A stretch of DNA of 64,000 nucleotides from Planctomycetota bacterium (GCA_021851715.1 JAJZCR010000001.1:7517-71516); one strand, 5' to 3'. Shown: positions 50,282 to 59,907, numbered from the stretch's first letter. Made by a program: numbers and translations. Notes: generated by a model not told the origin, from the sequence alone.

Positions 50282-51146
50282 CATTATCAATCAGCCGGGT
50301 TGAACCCAGCCGCGCCGCCGCCAGCAGTACGCATGGATCCGCAATTTCCTGTGTATACGGTGCCAGAGTTGTCGGATCATACGCTGTGGCATAATCCACA
50401 CGTAACCCCGCGGCCGTGATGGCTTTCCGCAATTGCCCGGCCACTGCCTCGGCCGATGTGCCCCCGGCACGAATGTCCGCGGCAGCCTGGCTCAGTGCTG
50501 CGTAAATGGCCGCCGCCTTGGGGCGCTCATCGGCGCTAAGGTAACGGTTGCGGCTGCTCATCGCCAACCCATCGGCTTCACGCAGCGTGGGAGCCGTGAT
50601 CACCTGGACTGGCATGTCCAAATCCGCGATCATTTTTCTGAGAATAAACTGCTGCTGAAAATCCTTCTGTCCCAGCAGCAGGTGTGTGGGGGCGATGATA
50701 TGCAACAGTTTGGCCACTACGGTGCAAACGCCCCGGAAATGTCCCGGGCGAACCGCCCCTTCCAGTACCTCGCCATGGGAGCCGGGATCAACGGTAACTG
50801 CAGGCCCGCTGTGCGGATACATTTCCTCCCGCTCCGGGGCAAAAAGGCTCTGTGCATCCCATTGCGCCAGCAATTCCACGTCGGCGGCAAAAGGCCGCGG
50901 ATAGCGTGCAAAATCTTCTCCCGGCCCGAACTGCGTTGGGTTCACAAAAATCGATGTACACACGTGCCCGCCGCGCCCCACGATTTCCCCGGCCAGTTTC
51001 ACCAGGCTGCCATGTCCCTCGTGCAAAGCTCCCATGGTGGGTACAAAGGCAATCGGTTGGCCCGGTGCCAGCGTGCCGCGGAACCTGCGCCATTCCGCAG
51101 CAGTGCGGAAAATGTTCAGCGGCGATTGGGACATGGGTTTCATCAT
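50178..51146 (-). CDS. panC: Pantoate--beta-alanine ligase
   Basis: VPTMGALHEGH, MSSRN and other PanC blocks. The N-terminus is chosen near MMKPMSQSPLNIF. It has an unusual Pro-rich extension of about 35 aa (PSPPSPAPPPPGPTNPPMK). Confidence 0.8.
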   Translation of the reverse strand: MMKPMSQSPLNIFRTAAEWRRFRGTLAPGQPIAFVPTMGALHEGHGSLVKLAGEIVGRGGHVCTSIFVNPTQFGPGEDFARYPRPFAADVELLAQWDAQSLFAPEREEMYPHSGPAVTVDPGSHGEVLEGAVRPGHFRGVCTVVAKLLHIIAPTHLLLGQKDFQQQFILRKMIADLDMPVQVITAPTLREADGLAMSSRNRYLSADERPKAAAIYAALSQAAADIRAGGTSAEAVAGQLRKAITAAGLRVDYATAYDPTTLAPYTQEIADPCVLLAAARLGSTRLIDNVIVQFEPARFAAENQPSPPSPAPPPPGPTNPPMK

Positions 51147-51280
51147 GGTGTGCATTGAAAGAGAGAATCCCCGGAATGTAAAGCGTCCGCGGGTTTCTGA
51201 CATCCGGCTTTCCTGTGGTAGAATAACGTGCCGCACCAGCGTGGACAGCACGACCAGTGTCAAAAGTACAGGATGAAAGC

Positions 51281-52261
51281 GCCATGGCTCGAAAATTTAC
51301 CGATCTGACTGAAAAGGAAATCCTTGCCATGGCGATCACGCAGGAAGAAGAAGATGGCCGCATCTATGGCGAATTTGCCCTGACCTTGCGCCCCACATTC
51401 CCGGAATCTGCCAAGGTCTTTGACGAAATGCAAAAAGAAGAATCGGACCACCGGCACAGGCTCATCGAACTGTACCGGCAGCATTTCGGAGAGCATATTC
51501 CCCTGATTAAACGCGATGAAATCCGCGGGTTTATCAAGCGCAGTCCGCTTTGGCTGGTGCTGAAAAAAGGCCCCAAAGCCATGCGCCAACAGGCCGAAAT
51601 CATGGAACTGGAAACGCGGCGTTTTTATGAAAAGTCCGCCGCGCGTACCACCGATGCCTCCATTCGCAAATTGCTCATTGATCTGGCCGAGGCCGAGCAA
51701 AAACATTCCGATGTTGCCGCCCACCTGGGGGAGACCAACATTACATTCGACGTACAAAAACAGGAAGAGGAAGCGAACAAGAGATTGTTTGTGCTGCAAA
51801 TTGTCCAGCCCGGCCTTGTGGGCCTCATGGACGGTTCTGTTTCCACCCTGGCACCCATTTTTGCCGTGGCGTTTTTCAGCCATGATCCGTGGGCTGCCTT
51901 TCTGGCGGGGCTGGCTACGTCGGTAGGTGCTGGTATCTCCATGGGTTTTGCGGAAGCTCTTTCCGACGATGGTGCCCTGACCGGCCGCGGACACCCCTTC
52001 GTGCGGGGGATGGTCTGCGGCTTGATGACTGCGGCGGGCGGCCTGGGCCACACCCTGCCGTTTCTCATTCCGCATTTTTTTACTGCGACCAGTGTTGCGG
52101 CCGTGGTGGTGTTTTTTGAACTGATCGGAATCAGTTGGATTCGCTACCGGTTCATGGATACACCACTCTGGCAATCATTTCGCACGGTGTTCATCGGCGG
52201 CTTACTGGTCTTTCTCGCTGGTGTGGCCATCGGCTATTTTGGTCACGGCGTGGGAGGTTAA
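51281..52261 (+). CDS. Ferritin-like (rubrerythrin-type) domain fused to a VIT1/CCC1-family iron/manganese transporter
   Basis: N-terminal ...ILAMAITQEEEDGRIYGEF...ESDHRHRL di-iron-like motifs. The C-terminal half carries VIT-family membrane helices. Confidence 0.65.
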   Translation, partial: AMARKFTDLTEKEILAMAITQEEEDGRIYGEFALTLRPTFPESAKVFDEMQKEESDHRHRLIELYRQHFGEHIPLIKRDEIRGFIKRSPLWLVLKKGPKAMRQQAEIMELETRRFYEKSAARTTDASIRKLLIDLAEAEQKHSDVAAHLGETNITFDVQKQEEEANKRLFVLQIVQPGLVGLMDGSVSTLAPIFAVAFFSHDPWAAFLAGLATSVGAGISMGFAEALSDDGALTGRGHPFVRGMVCGLMTAAGGLGHTLPFLIPHFFTATSVAAVVVFFELIGISWIRYRFMDTPLWQSFRTVFIGGLLVFLAGVAIGYFGHGVGG

Positions 52262-52356
52262 GCTGCAACATGAGCGTCTTACACATCGCCTGCGCCCAAT
52301 TCGGTGGGTGCCGCACAAGCCTTGAACAAGATGGCCTCATGGAATTATGGCCGAGG

Positions 52357-52779
52357 TTACTCATCGGCCACCGACCGCCATACGCTGGCGATAAGGCTGA
52401 AGATGGTGGTGAAGGTTAAAAGTATCCAGCGGCCGAAGGTCATTGGCCAGCCAAGCAGGGCATGCATGATCTGGTTAAGAAGCCAGTCGGTAAACCAGAC
52501 GGGTATCCAGCAGGCCAATACCAGTAAAATGGTCAGCACGATGCCGCCAAACCCCGCCTCGGCCACCGCATCTTCGGCGATGTACCAGCCGATGATTCCT
52601 CCGGCTACCGCCCCGATGAACGGGTCAAAAAGCATCGGAACTCCGCTGGCGGTGAGCTGGGTAATAAAAAAAATGATAACCCACACGCCGGCAATCCACA
52701 GGTCCTTTTTGGCCAGGAAAATCAGGAGTTGCCGCAATTCTTCCAATCCTGCCGGTATGCGTGAGCTTCGTTTCGGCAT
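52357..52779 (-). CDS. Small membrane protein, unknown function
   Basis: 140 aa, four hydrophobic helices, no recognisable motif. Confidence 0.35.
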   Translation of the reverse strand: MPKRSSRIPAGLEELRQLLIFLAKKDLWIAGVWVIIFFITQLTASGVPMLFDPFIGAVAGGIIGWYIAEDAVAEAGFGGIVLTILLVLACWIPVWFTDWLLNQIMHALLGWPMTFGRWILLTFTTIFSLIASVWRSVADE

Positions 52780-53128
52780 GGCATGAATCCCGCATTACGG
52801 TCGTGGCGCTGCCAGCCCACGGAAAGTCGGGGCGTGGTTCGCCACTGTATATTCATTATATCACGGCCAGGTTCTGTGGCATTCGGGTCCGGGGGGAGGT
52901 GGGTGTAACTGCGTCCACTATGAAAGACGGGAGCCTGGAGCAGCGCTTCGCGAGAAAAAACGCCACGGGAACCGCAGATGTTTTCCAGCCTAGAGCGGTT
53001 CTCAAAAGTCTTGTTGCAGGTGTGGTATATATTCGTACATAAGGAACAATACATCACCTTAAAACATGCGACATTATTGATGAGAACTGCTCTAACCGCA
53101 GGTTCCCGCCGCCCCCATTAGCACTGGC

Positions 53129-53159
53129 TTGACTTCCTGCGTGCCCAGCGTCTATAATT
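53129..53159 (+). promoter_or_regulatory. Sigma-70-like promoter of the ars operon (TTGACT-N19-TATAAT)
   Basis: TTGACT at 53129-53134 and TATAAT at 53154-53159, about 57 bp upstream of the arsR ATG. Confidence 0.45.
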
Positions 53160-53192
53160 CGTCAATTGACGAAGTGTGGAAGTATTTTCCAC
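53158..53192. promoter_or_regulatory. Putative ArsR operator: perfect 16-bp palindrome TTCGTCAATTGACGAA plus adjacent GTGGAA-N5-TTCCAC
   Basis: Read directly. The palindrome overlaps the end of the -10 element and lies between the promoter and arsR. Confidence 0.5.
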
Positions 53193-53215
53193 GGGCACAG
53201 AGCACTGGAGCGGTC

Positions 53216-53587
53216 ATGATGATGCGTGAATTTATCCAAATGGCTGCGGCCCTTGCCGATCCGGCACGGGTGCGGGCATTGTTGGCGTTGCGCGATGGAG
53301 AATTGTGCCTGTGCCAAATTATTGACCTGCTGGGTTTGGCACCATCCACGGTTTCGCGTCATTTGAATCTGCTTTATCAGGCCAAATTGGTGGAACGGCG
53401 TAAGCAGGGACGATGGATGTATTTTACCCTGGCGGGTAAAGCCGCCTCGCCACCGGTGCAGCAGGCGATCGCCTGGGCCGGTGCCGCGCTGGCTGCGGAT
53501 GGCTTGATCAAACAGGACGCCCGGCGTGTGAAAAGCCTGTGCCGGCAGGACCTTGTGGAGCTTTGTGCATGTTATCGTCCAAGTTGA
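53216..53587 (+). CDS. arsR: ArsR/SmtB-family arsenite-responsive repressor
   Basis: ELCLCQI metal-binding motif inside the HTH (…LGLAPSTVSRHLNLLYQAKLV…). Confidence 0.85.
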   Translation: MMMREFIQMAAALADPARVRALLALRDGELCLCQIIDLLGLAPSTVSRHLNLLYQAKLVERRKQGRWMYFTLAGKAASPPVQQAIAWAGAALAADGLIKQDARRVKSLCRQDLVELCACYRPS

Positions 53588-54054
53588 AAATTCTGTTTTT
53601 ATGTACGGGTAATTCCTGCCGCAGTCAGATGGCTGAAGGCTGGGCCAGGGCCTTGAAAGGGGATGTTCTGGAACCGTATTCGGCGGGCATTGAAGTGCAC
53701 GGCTTAAATCCCACTGCGGTCAAGGTGATGGCAGAAGCAGGTGTGGATATCAGCGGGCACCGGTCCAAGATGGTGAGTGAATTGAGGGATGTTTCTTTTG
53801 ACGCGGTGATTACCGTGTGCGGCCACGCCCACGAAACCTGCCCCGCCTGGCTGGATAAAAAAAGTACGCTGCGGCACGTGGGCTTTGATGACCCTCCCAA
53901 GTTGGCCAAAACCGCCAAAACCCCTGAGGAAGCATTGGGCCATTACCGGCGTGTACGTGATGAGATTCGGGCATTTGTACAAACGCTGCCGGAATCACTT
54001 GGCAAAAATGTTTTATCGGCGCAGGCCGGGGCTGGTGAAGGGAGCCGACGATGA
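53569..54054 (+). CDS. arsC: Arsenate reductase, thioredoxin-coupled LMW-PTP type
   Basis: CTGNSCRS P-loop and downstream Cys pair in VITVCGHAHETCP. It overlaps arsR by 19 nt. Confidence 0.85.
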   Translation: MLSSKLKILFLCTGNSCRSQMAEGWARALKGDVLEPYSAGIEVHGLNPTAVKVMAEAGVDISGHRSKMVSELRDVSFDAVITVCGHAHETCPAWLDKKSTLRHVGFDDPPKLAKTAKTPEEALGHYRRVRDEIRAFVQTLPESLGKNVLSAQAGAGEGSRR

Positions 54055-54146
54055 AAGGTGTGTTCGCAGTATCTGATGCCGCCATGTGCTGTTCCACCGG
54101 CGTATGCGGGCCGGAGGCAGGCAAATCCGGAATGCAGGGCCTGTGA
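54051..54146 (+). CDS. 31-codon ORF encoding an ArsD-like N-terminal head (arsD remnant or mini-ArsD)
   Basis: MKGVFAVSDAAMCCSTGVCGPEAGKSGMQGL*. The first 20 residues match the ArsD N-terminus (MKTLMVFDPAMCCSTGVCG), including Cys12-Cys13-Cys18. There is an ATGA overlap with the arsC stop and a GGAG 6 nt upstream. Confidence 0.4.
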   Translation: MKGVFAVSDAAMCCSTGVCGPEAGKSGMQGL

Positions 54147-54207
54147 CGGAAAAGATCCTGGAGTCCTGGCGGTTGGCGTAAGCGGATCATAAAAAAGAAG
54201 CGCGAAC

Positions 54208-55380
54208 ATGTCACGGGTATTCAAAAAACTTTCGGTTCTCGACCGCTTTCTGACGCTGTGGATTTTCGCAGCCATGGGGGTGGGCATCGGGGTGGGATAT
54301 TTATGGAAGGGCTTGCCGCGGGTGATGGGGCATTTTGAGTTCGGCACCACCAACCTGCTTCTGGCCGCGGGCCTGATTTTGATGATGTATCCGCCGCTGG
54401 CCAAAGTCCGCTATGAAGAACTGGGTAAGGTATTTGGCAACGTCCGGGTGCTGGGGCTTTCGTTGCTGCAAAATTGGGTGATCGGCCCGATGGTGATGTT
54501 TGCCCTGGCGGCCCTGTTTTTACATGGCCATCCGATGTTTATGATCGGGCTGATTTTGATTGGTCTGGCCCGCTGCATCGCCATGGTGATTGTGTGGAAC
54601 GAGTTGGCACGCGGCGATACGGATTACGCCGCGGGTTTGGTGGCATTTAACAGTGTTTTTCAGGTGGTTTTTTACAGCTTGTATGCTTGGCTGTTTATTA
54701 AGGTGCTGCCGCCGCTGGTGGGGTTGCACTTTCCGGCGGTGAACCTGGCGGAAATTTCCATGGTAAGCATCGCCCGGAGCGTCTTTATTTATCTGGGTAT
54801 TCCATTTTTAGCTGGTCTGGTGACGAGAATGGTGCTGATACGTGCCTGCGGTAAGCCTTGGTATGAACAGCACTTTATCCCGCGCATCAGCCCCATAACC
54901 CTGGTGGCGCTGCTGTTTACCATTGTGGTGATGTTTGCGTATCAGGGTCGGCAGATCATAGGGGAGCCTGGTTCGGTAGTACTGATAGCGATACCCTTGC
55001 TGATTTATTTTGTGGTAATGTTTTTGATCAGTTTTTGGATGGGGCGTCGGATCGGGGCTGATTACGCCCAAACTGCGACCATTTCGTTCACGGCCGCCAG
55101 CAATAATTTTGAGCTGGCCATTGCCGTGGCGGTGGCGCTGTTTGGCGTGGCCAGCCCGGTGGCATTTACGGCGGTCATCGGCCCGTTGGTGGAAGTGCCG
55201 GTGATGATTGGTCTGGTGACTGTAGCACTGTATTTTCAGCGGCGTTATTTTGGCCGGACGGTGAGCAATGGCTTGCCCTCACCAGGCGCAGCAGCCTGCC
55301 CCACCTTCATTCCTACCGGTGTGGGAGGCGGGAGTGCTATTTCCGAACAAGGGGCCGGCTTGGGTCATAAGGAGTCTTAG
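54208..55380 (+). CDS. acr3: ACR3-family arsenite efflux permease
   Basis: 390 aa with 10 transmembrane helices and ACR3 signature regions (…MYPPLAKV…, …CIAMVIVWN…). Confidence 0.9.
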   Translation: MSRVFKKLSVLDRFLTLWIFAAMGVGIGVGYLWKGLPRVMGHFEFGTTNLLLAAGLILMMYPPLAKVRYEELGKVFGNVRVLGLSLLQNWVIGPMVMFALAALFLHGHPMFMIGLILIGLARCIAMVIVWNELARGDTDYAAGLVAFNSVFQVVFYSLYAWLFIKVLPPLVGLHFPAVNLAEISMVSIARSVFIYLGIPFLAGLVTRMVLIRACGKPWYEQHFIPRISPITLVALLFTIVVMFAYQGRQIIGEPGSVVLIAIPLLIYFVVMFLISFWMGRRIGADYAQTATISFTAASNNFELAIAVAVALFGVASPVAFTAVIGPLVEVPVMIGLVTVALYFQRRYFGRTVSNGLPSPGAAACPTFIPTGVGGGSAISEQGAGLGHKES

Positions 55381-55381
55381 C

Positions 55382-56329
55382 ATGTCTGAATCGATTGTTG
55401 ATACCGTGAAATCTCGTTATGGAGCCGTGGCCGAATCTTCTCTTTCCAGCCGGGATGTCGGCGTTCGGGCTGTGGCCGAGGCGTTTGGTTATACAGCGGT
55501 GGAATTGTTGGCGATTCCCGCTGACGCCAACATGGGGCTTTCCTGCGGCAATCCGACGGCGATGGCCTCGCTGAAGGCGGGGGAAGTAGTGGTGGATTTT
55601 GGCTGCGGCGGCGGGTTGGATGTATTTCTGGCGGCGGCGAAAGTGGGGCCGCAGGGCAAAGCCATCGGCATTGATATGACCCCGGCCATGATTGAGCGGG
55701 CACGAAAAAACGCCGCCCGTGGTCCGGATGGCCGGCCATACACGAATGTGGAATTCATTCTTGCCGCCATGGATCGGACCACATTGCCCAGTGGCAGTGT
55801 GGATTGCGTGATTTCTAATTGCGTGATCAATTTGGCCGAGGATAAGGCGGCGGTGTTTCGGGAAATAGAGCGGATACTCAAGCCCGGCGGGCGGCTGGCG
55901 ATCAGCGATATTGCGCTCAAAAAACCCCTGCCGCCGGAGTTGGCAAATAACGTGGCAGCCTATGTGGGTTGCATTGCGGGGGCCATATCGATGGAGGATT
56001 ATGAGCGGCAGCTTAAACACGCCGGATTGACACAAGTGGTGATCATGGATAGCGGAGCAGATTTGAATTCCTACGCCAAGGCGGAAGGCCAGAGCGGCTG
56101 CTGCGGACCGGCGATGAATGACCAGGCCGGCCAGGATGCCAATGCGTTGAAACCCGGGGGCGATTCGCCCTTACGGGTGCTGCCCGCCACGTGCTGCGAT
56201 CAGAATGCAGCGCATCGGGTCGGCGGGGTGGAAAAGCCTCTTCATGGGGTGATGCGCGATTTGCTGGCCCGTTACAACATCAACGATTACGCAGCCAGCG
56301 TGAAGGTGCTGGCGATTAAGCCGAATTAG
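55382..56329 (+). CDS. arsM: Arsenite S-adenosylmethionine methyltransferase
   Basis: SAM-binding VVDFGCGGG and conserved Cys residues (…LSCGNPTA…, …CVISNCV…). It starts 1 nt after the acr3 stop. Confidence 0.85.
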   Translation: MSESIVDTVKSRYGAVAESSLSSRDVGVRAVAEAFGYTAVELLAIPADANMGLSCGNPTAMASLKAGEVVVDFGCGGGLDVFLAAAKVGPQGKAIGIDMTPAMIERARKNAARGPDGRPYTNVEFILAAMDRTTLPSGSVDCVISNCVINLAEDKAAVFREIERILKPGGRLAISDIALKKPLPPELANNVAAYVGCIAGAISMEDYERQLKHAGLTQVVIMDSGADLNSYAKAEGQSGCCGPAMNDQAGQDANALKPGGDSPLRVLPATCCDQNAAHRVGGVEKPLHGVMRDLLARYNINDYAASVKVLAIKPN

Positions 56330-56468
56330 ACATTGGCAGGCGTGGCGATAACTGTGGTGAAAAATTGGCGCATGGAGCCACACCAGACGGTGCCGCAATG
56401 CAGCACAGCAGAGCACTGGGGCGGGCGGCAGGAACCTTTGCAATCGGGGTAAGGCTTAAACCAACAGA

Positions 56469-57149
56469 TCAAATAAGCTCCAGAAGCTTCTTGATTGGCG
56501 CAAGGCCGGAATGGTCTGCATTCCATAGCCCTGCTTTTGCGCTTTCGCCAAGCGTTTGCTCAGGCTTGGCTGACGCGGCAATTAAACTGTGCACTTTAAC
56601 CTTCGCTTTCCAGTTGTTGATCGCCGAGGAATCCCGGCGGTCTGGCTGCTGCAAACACGACATAAATCTCTCTACGCATTCCGGAGGCTGATTTCCCGCA
56701 TATGCCTCCAAAAGCATATCCTCTATACATCCAGATTCCTTTTCGTGGGGCACAATCAGGTAGGCTGTGTTGGGGCCACCGGCAGGACCCGGTGATGCGG
56801 GCTTCAGAGGTGCCTGTGGAACGGCGAGGCCCGCGGCTCGAAAGGCCGCTGATAGTGATCGAGCAGTTCCTGTTTTGTCACCCTCCGCATCATAAATCGC
56901 CCCAACCGCTTTCACATGTTCGCGGAAACCAGACGTACGAACAAGGACGTCAAACGCCGATTGCATGTCATCACGGCCACCACCATTTAAAACCCATATC
57001 TGTCGGGTTTGCAGCAATTTCGGGAATAGTCCGCGTATAAGGAACTCGAGGTTTTTGCCTTCGACTATCACAATCGCCCGTGTCTCCGGCGAGGGCTTAA
57101 AGCCTCCTGCGGAAACCGCAGCCGCGGTCCTGGCACCAGATAGGGCCAT
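56469..57149 (-). CDS. DUF4276-family (TOPRIM/OLD-nuclease-like) protein, partner of the upstream ATPase
   Basis: N-terminal AIVIVEGKNLEFLIRGLFPKLL (VEG-x-E signature), an acidic cluster YDAEGD, and a later CIEDMLLEAY. Its ATG overlaps the ATPase stop. Confidence 0.55.
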   Translation of the reverse strand: MALSGARTAAAVSAGGFKPSPETRAIVIVEGKNLEFLIRGLFPKLLQTRQIWVLNGGGRDDMQSAFDVLVRTSGFREHVKAVGAIYDAEGDKTGTARSLSAAFRAAGLAVPQAPLKPASPGPAGGPNTAYLIVPHEKESGCIEDMLLEAYAGNQPPECVERFMSCLQQPDRRDSSAINNWKAKVKVHSLIAASAKPEQTLGESAKAGLWNADHSGLAPIKKLLELI

Positions 57150-58243
57150 CAACGCACCTCAACGTCTATCTTTTCGGCTGTGCGCAACATCTCTGTGTCG
57201 TAACGTGTCGGCTCAACGTTACCATCTACCTGGCGGTCAAGCCGAAATATGGCCACATCGTTTGTGCCTTCCGGAAAGGCCTTGACCAAAGCTCGGAGCA
57301 TCTCTTCATTATGGGTTGAGCAAAATAGCTGCACCTTACATTGACTGCACATTGCGGCAACACCCTGCCAGAAGCCCGGCATCGTAGAATAATGGAGGCC
57401 AGAATCAATTTCGTCCACGATGACCATCTTGGCATTGCGGCCAGCTAAACCAGTTGCGATCAGGCAAATGCGGCAAAAGCCATCTCCCAAAAGCTGAATC
57501 GGCATGCGGCGCAATTGCTCGCCCAAATCGGCCAACACAGCAGTCTGGCCGCCACGCACTCCCGCCCACAGCCCCCGCACTTTCGGGTTGACAGTGCGCA
57601 ATAGTTCGTAAAGCATCTCCTCGAGCCTTTCCTGCGCCAGGTCGGTAAGAACATTTGCTGTCTCGTTGAGGCTTGTTGCCCTCCTCGCATGCACATAAAA
57701 GGCTCCCGGATCACCGCTTGCAACCAGGAACGGCGGCTGCGGTTGAAGAAGGCCTTGCGGCGTCAAAATGGCACGCATGTTGTCGCCGGTTGTTCTGGGC
57801 AGGATGCGGTAGAGCACGCCGCCTATGCGGTCTTCGCCAGTTGTAGCCGGTGGGCCGGGCTCAAAGATGTCGCCCGGCTTTTGTTCATCCTGACCGCCCA
57901 CGGCAGGAATGGTTCCGTAATCACCGAAAATCGCTGATATCTCCAGCCCGCGCTCTCCATGTTCGCCAGTGGCACCCAACGAAATCCGTACCCTTGGATC
58001 CAGATTGAAAAAAAAGCAGCGCAAGGGCACATCGAATTGCGGCGAAGCCCTCGGCTGATCACGCCAGGCCGCCAGGTTCAACAATAGTTGCGGGGCCGCC
58101 CTATTCCCCAGAATCATCAGCGATTCCAGCAGCGATGTTTTTCCGCAGCCGTTTTCACCAATGAAGATATTGAGGCGTGCCAACCCGTCAATCTTAAGCG
58201 ATTTTATGCCTCGAAAATTTTGTACCCGAATTTGAGAAAACAT
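57149..58243 (-). CDS. AAA_21/ABC-type ATPase (OLD / AriA / PtuA / AbiLi-like)
   Basis: N-terminal IRVQNFRGIKSLKIDGLARLNIFIGENGCGKTSLLESL (Walker A). C-terminal MVIVDEIDSGLH (Walker B / D-loop) and CSTHNEEML (H-loop). It lacks ABC transporter partners or an ABC-signature transporter context. Confidence 0.75.
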   Translation of the reverse strand: MFSQIRVQNFRGIKSLKIDGLARLNIFIGENGCGKTSLLESLMILGNRAAPQLLLNLAAWRDQPRASPQFDVPLRCFFFNLDPRVRISLGATGEHGERGLEISAIFGDYGTIPAVGGQDEQKPGDIFEPGPPATTGEDRIGGVLYRILPRTTGDNMRAILTPQGLLQPQPPFLVASGDPGAFYVHARRATSLNETANVLTDLAQERLEEMLYELLRTVNPKVRGLWAGVRGGQTAVLADLGEQLRRMPIQLLGDGFCRICLIATGLAGRNAKMVIVDEIDSGLHYSTMPGFWQGVAAMCSQCKVQLFCSTHNEEMLRALVKAFPEGTNDVAIFRLDRQVDGNVEPTRYDTEMLRTAEKIDVEVR

Positions 58244-58614
58244 AACCGATGCCCCCGGCGATTTTTTATATATTAACCTCCACGGTCAGGAATTGCCAGG
58301 GGCCTTACAGCCGCGTTTTTCGCCGCCACTAACTTTTGCACTGTTGCGCCGGTCCGGGATTGCCGCACCGTTTTAATCGTCGGCGACGGGCTGTCTATCC
58401 ACCAGGGCGAATTGCTTGAGTCGCGGCCAGTTAATTCGCAGGCAGAGAGCCGTCATCGGGGAGCTGCCAACGGCCATCGCCGGTCTGTTTTACGGGGGCA
58501 GCCTGCGACAACTGTCTGCGTGCTTTTTTGTAGTTGACCTATTCGCGGTGATTGTTGCTGCCGCCTCCAAAGTGTGCCAGCCCTCATTGCTGCGAAGGCA
58601 AGTTGATGGAGAGG

Positions 58615-58623
58615 TGCTATAAT
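58615..58623 (+). promoter_or_regulatory. Extended -10 promoter element TGcTATAAT
   Basis: TG at 58615-58616 and TATAAT at 58618-58623, upstream of the small ORF and TatD-like gene pair. Confidence 0.35.
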
Positions 58624-58676
58624 TCAATGGGTTGTCGGCGGTGCCCGGAAAGTCCGTTCTTGGAGGCTGTATTGTC

Positions 58677-58916
58677 ATGGCAGCGACTATCACTCATCCC
58701 CGTCCGGCCAGCGAAACGCTGGATATTTATTTTCTGGAAATGCGGGCGAAATTGCTGGAAATCGGTGCGACGCTGGATCGTATTGATCGCTCCGCGCGGC
58801 CGGAGGAAGTGGTTGCGGATCCGCGACTGGCGTTTATCCGGGAGGCTTTGGCAGTGCTGCAATCCGCCGGGCCGGAGCGGGCACGGCGGATAGAGGAACT
58901 CTATTCTCTTCAGTAA
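58677..58916 (+). CDS. Small hypothetical protein, about 79 aa
   Basis: MAATITHPRPASETLDIYFLEMRAKLLEIGATLDRIDR.... The start is taken as ATG 58677; the supplied ORF begins at TTG 58632. No recognisable family. Confidence 0.35.
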   Translation: MAATITHPRPASETLDIYFLEMRAKLLEIGATLDRIDRSARPEEVVADPRLAFIREALAVLQSAGPERARRIEELYSLQ

Positions 58917-58974
58917 GTGGGTGCCGGGCAACGTGCTTGTGGGGGCTGGCGGCGATGACACGAGGAGCGTTTGA

Positions 58975-59838
58975 ATGTTTTTTATAGATCCGCATATTCA
59001 CATGGTATCGCGCACGACGGCGGATTATGAGATGCTGGCGCTGTCGGGAGTGGTGGCAGTAAGCGAGCCGGCGTTTTGGGCCGGGTTTGACCGTTCGCCG
59101 GCGGGCTTTGTTGATTATTTTCGGCAGTTGACGGAATTTGAACCCGTGCGGGCGGCGCAATTCGGCATTGATCATTATTGCTGGATATGTTTAAACCCCA
59201 AAGAGGCGGAAGATTTGGGCAAGGCACGTGAGGTTTTGGCGGAAATGCCGCGATTTTTGGATCAACCCAATGTGCTGGGCATTGGAGAGATCGGGCTGAA
59301 TAAAAATACCGCCAACGAGGTCAAGGTATTTCAGCAGCACGTGCAGATGGCCATTGATGCGGCCCGCCGACAAACAGCGGGTGCTTCCCCGGCCATGCGT
59401 CATGCCCTGATTCTGATTCATACTCCGCACCTGCAGGACAAGCTCAAAGGTACGCGGCTGATTTTGGAGATGCTCAAGGATTTCGGCAACGCGATTGATC
59501 CCGGCCGGGTGCTGATCGATCACGTGGAGGAACACACCATCGGCCTGGTGAAAGAGGCGGGGTATTGGGCGGGCATGACGATTTACCCGATCAGCAAAGC
59601 CACACCGCAGCGGGCGGTGGATATGATGGAAATGTATGGGCCGGAGCGTCTATGCGTCAATGCGGCCGCGGATTGGGGCGTGAGCGATCCGCTCAACACC
59701 CATCGGACCATGCAGGAGGCGCGTCGTCGCGGGCACCCGCTGCCGGTGCTGCTGGATGTATTTTATAACAACCCGGCCCGATTTTTCGGCCAAAATCCCC
59801 GCTTCAAGCCCAAACCCATGCGGATGGCCACGCTCTAA
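58975..59838 (+). CDS. TatD-like / amidohydrolase-superfamily metal-dependent hydrolase
   Basis: N-terminal FIDPHIHM metal-binding motif, with later His/Asp/Glu ligand positions (…IHTPH…, …IDHVEEH…). Confidence 0.65.
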   Translation: MFFIDPHIHMVSRTTADYEMLALSGVVAVSEPAFWAGFDRSPAGFVDYFRQLTEFEPVRAAQFGIDHYCWICLNPKEAEDLGKAREVLAEMPRFLDQPNVLGIGEIGLNKNTANEVKVFQQHVQMAIDAARRQTAGASPAMRHALILIHTPHLQDKLKGTRLILEMLKDFGNAIDPGRVLIDHVEEHTIGLVKEAGYWAGMTIYPISKATPQRAVDMMEMYGPERLCVNAAADWGVSDPLNTHRTMQEARRRGHPLPVLLDVFYNNPARFFGQNPRFKPKPMRMATL

Positions 59839-59907
59839 CTCAGTGGAGCAAGCGTTCGTCCTATTCCCACATCTCCGTTGGCTGTTGGAGCACCAGCGCA
59901 CTTTGCC

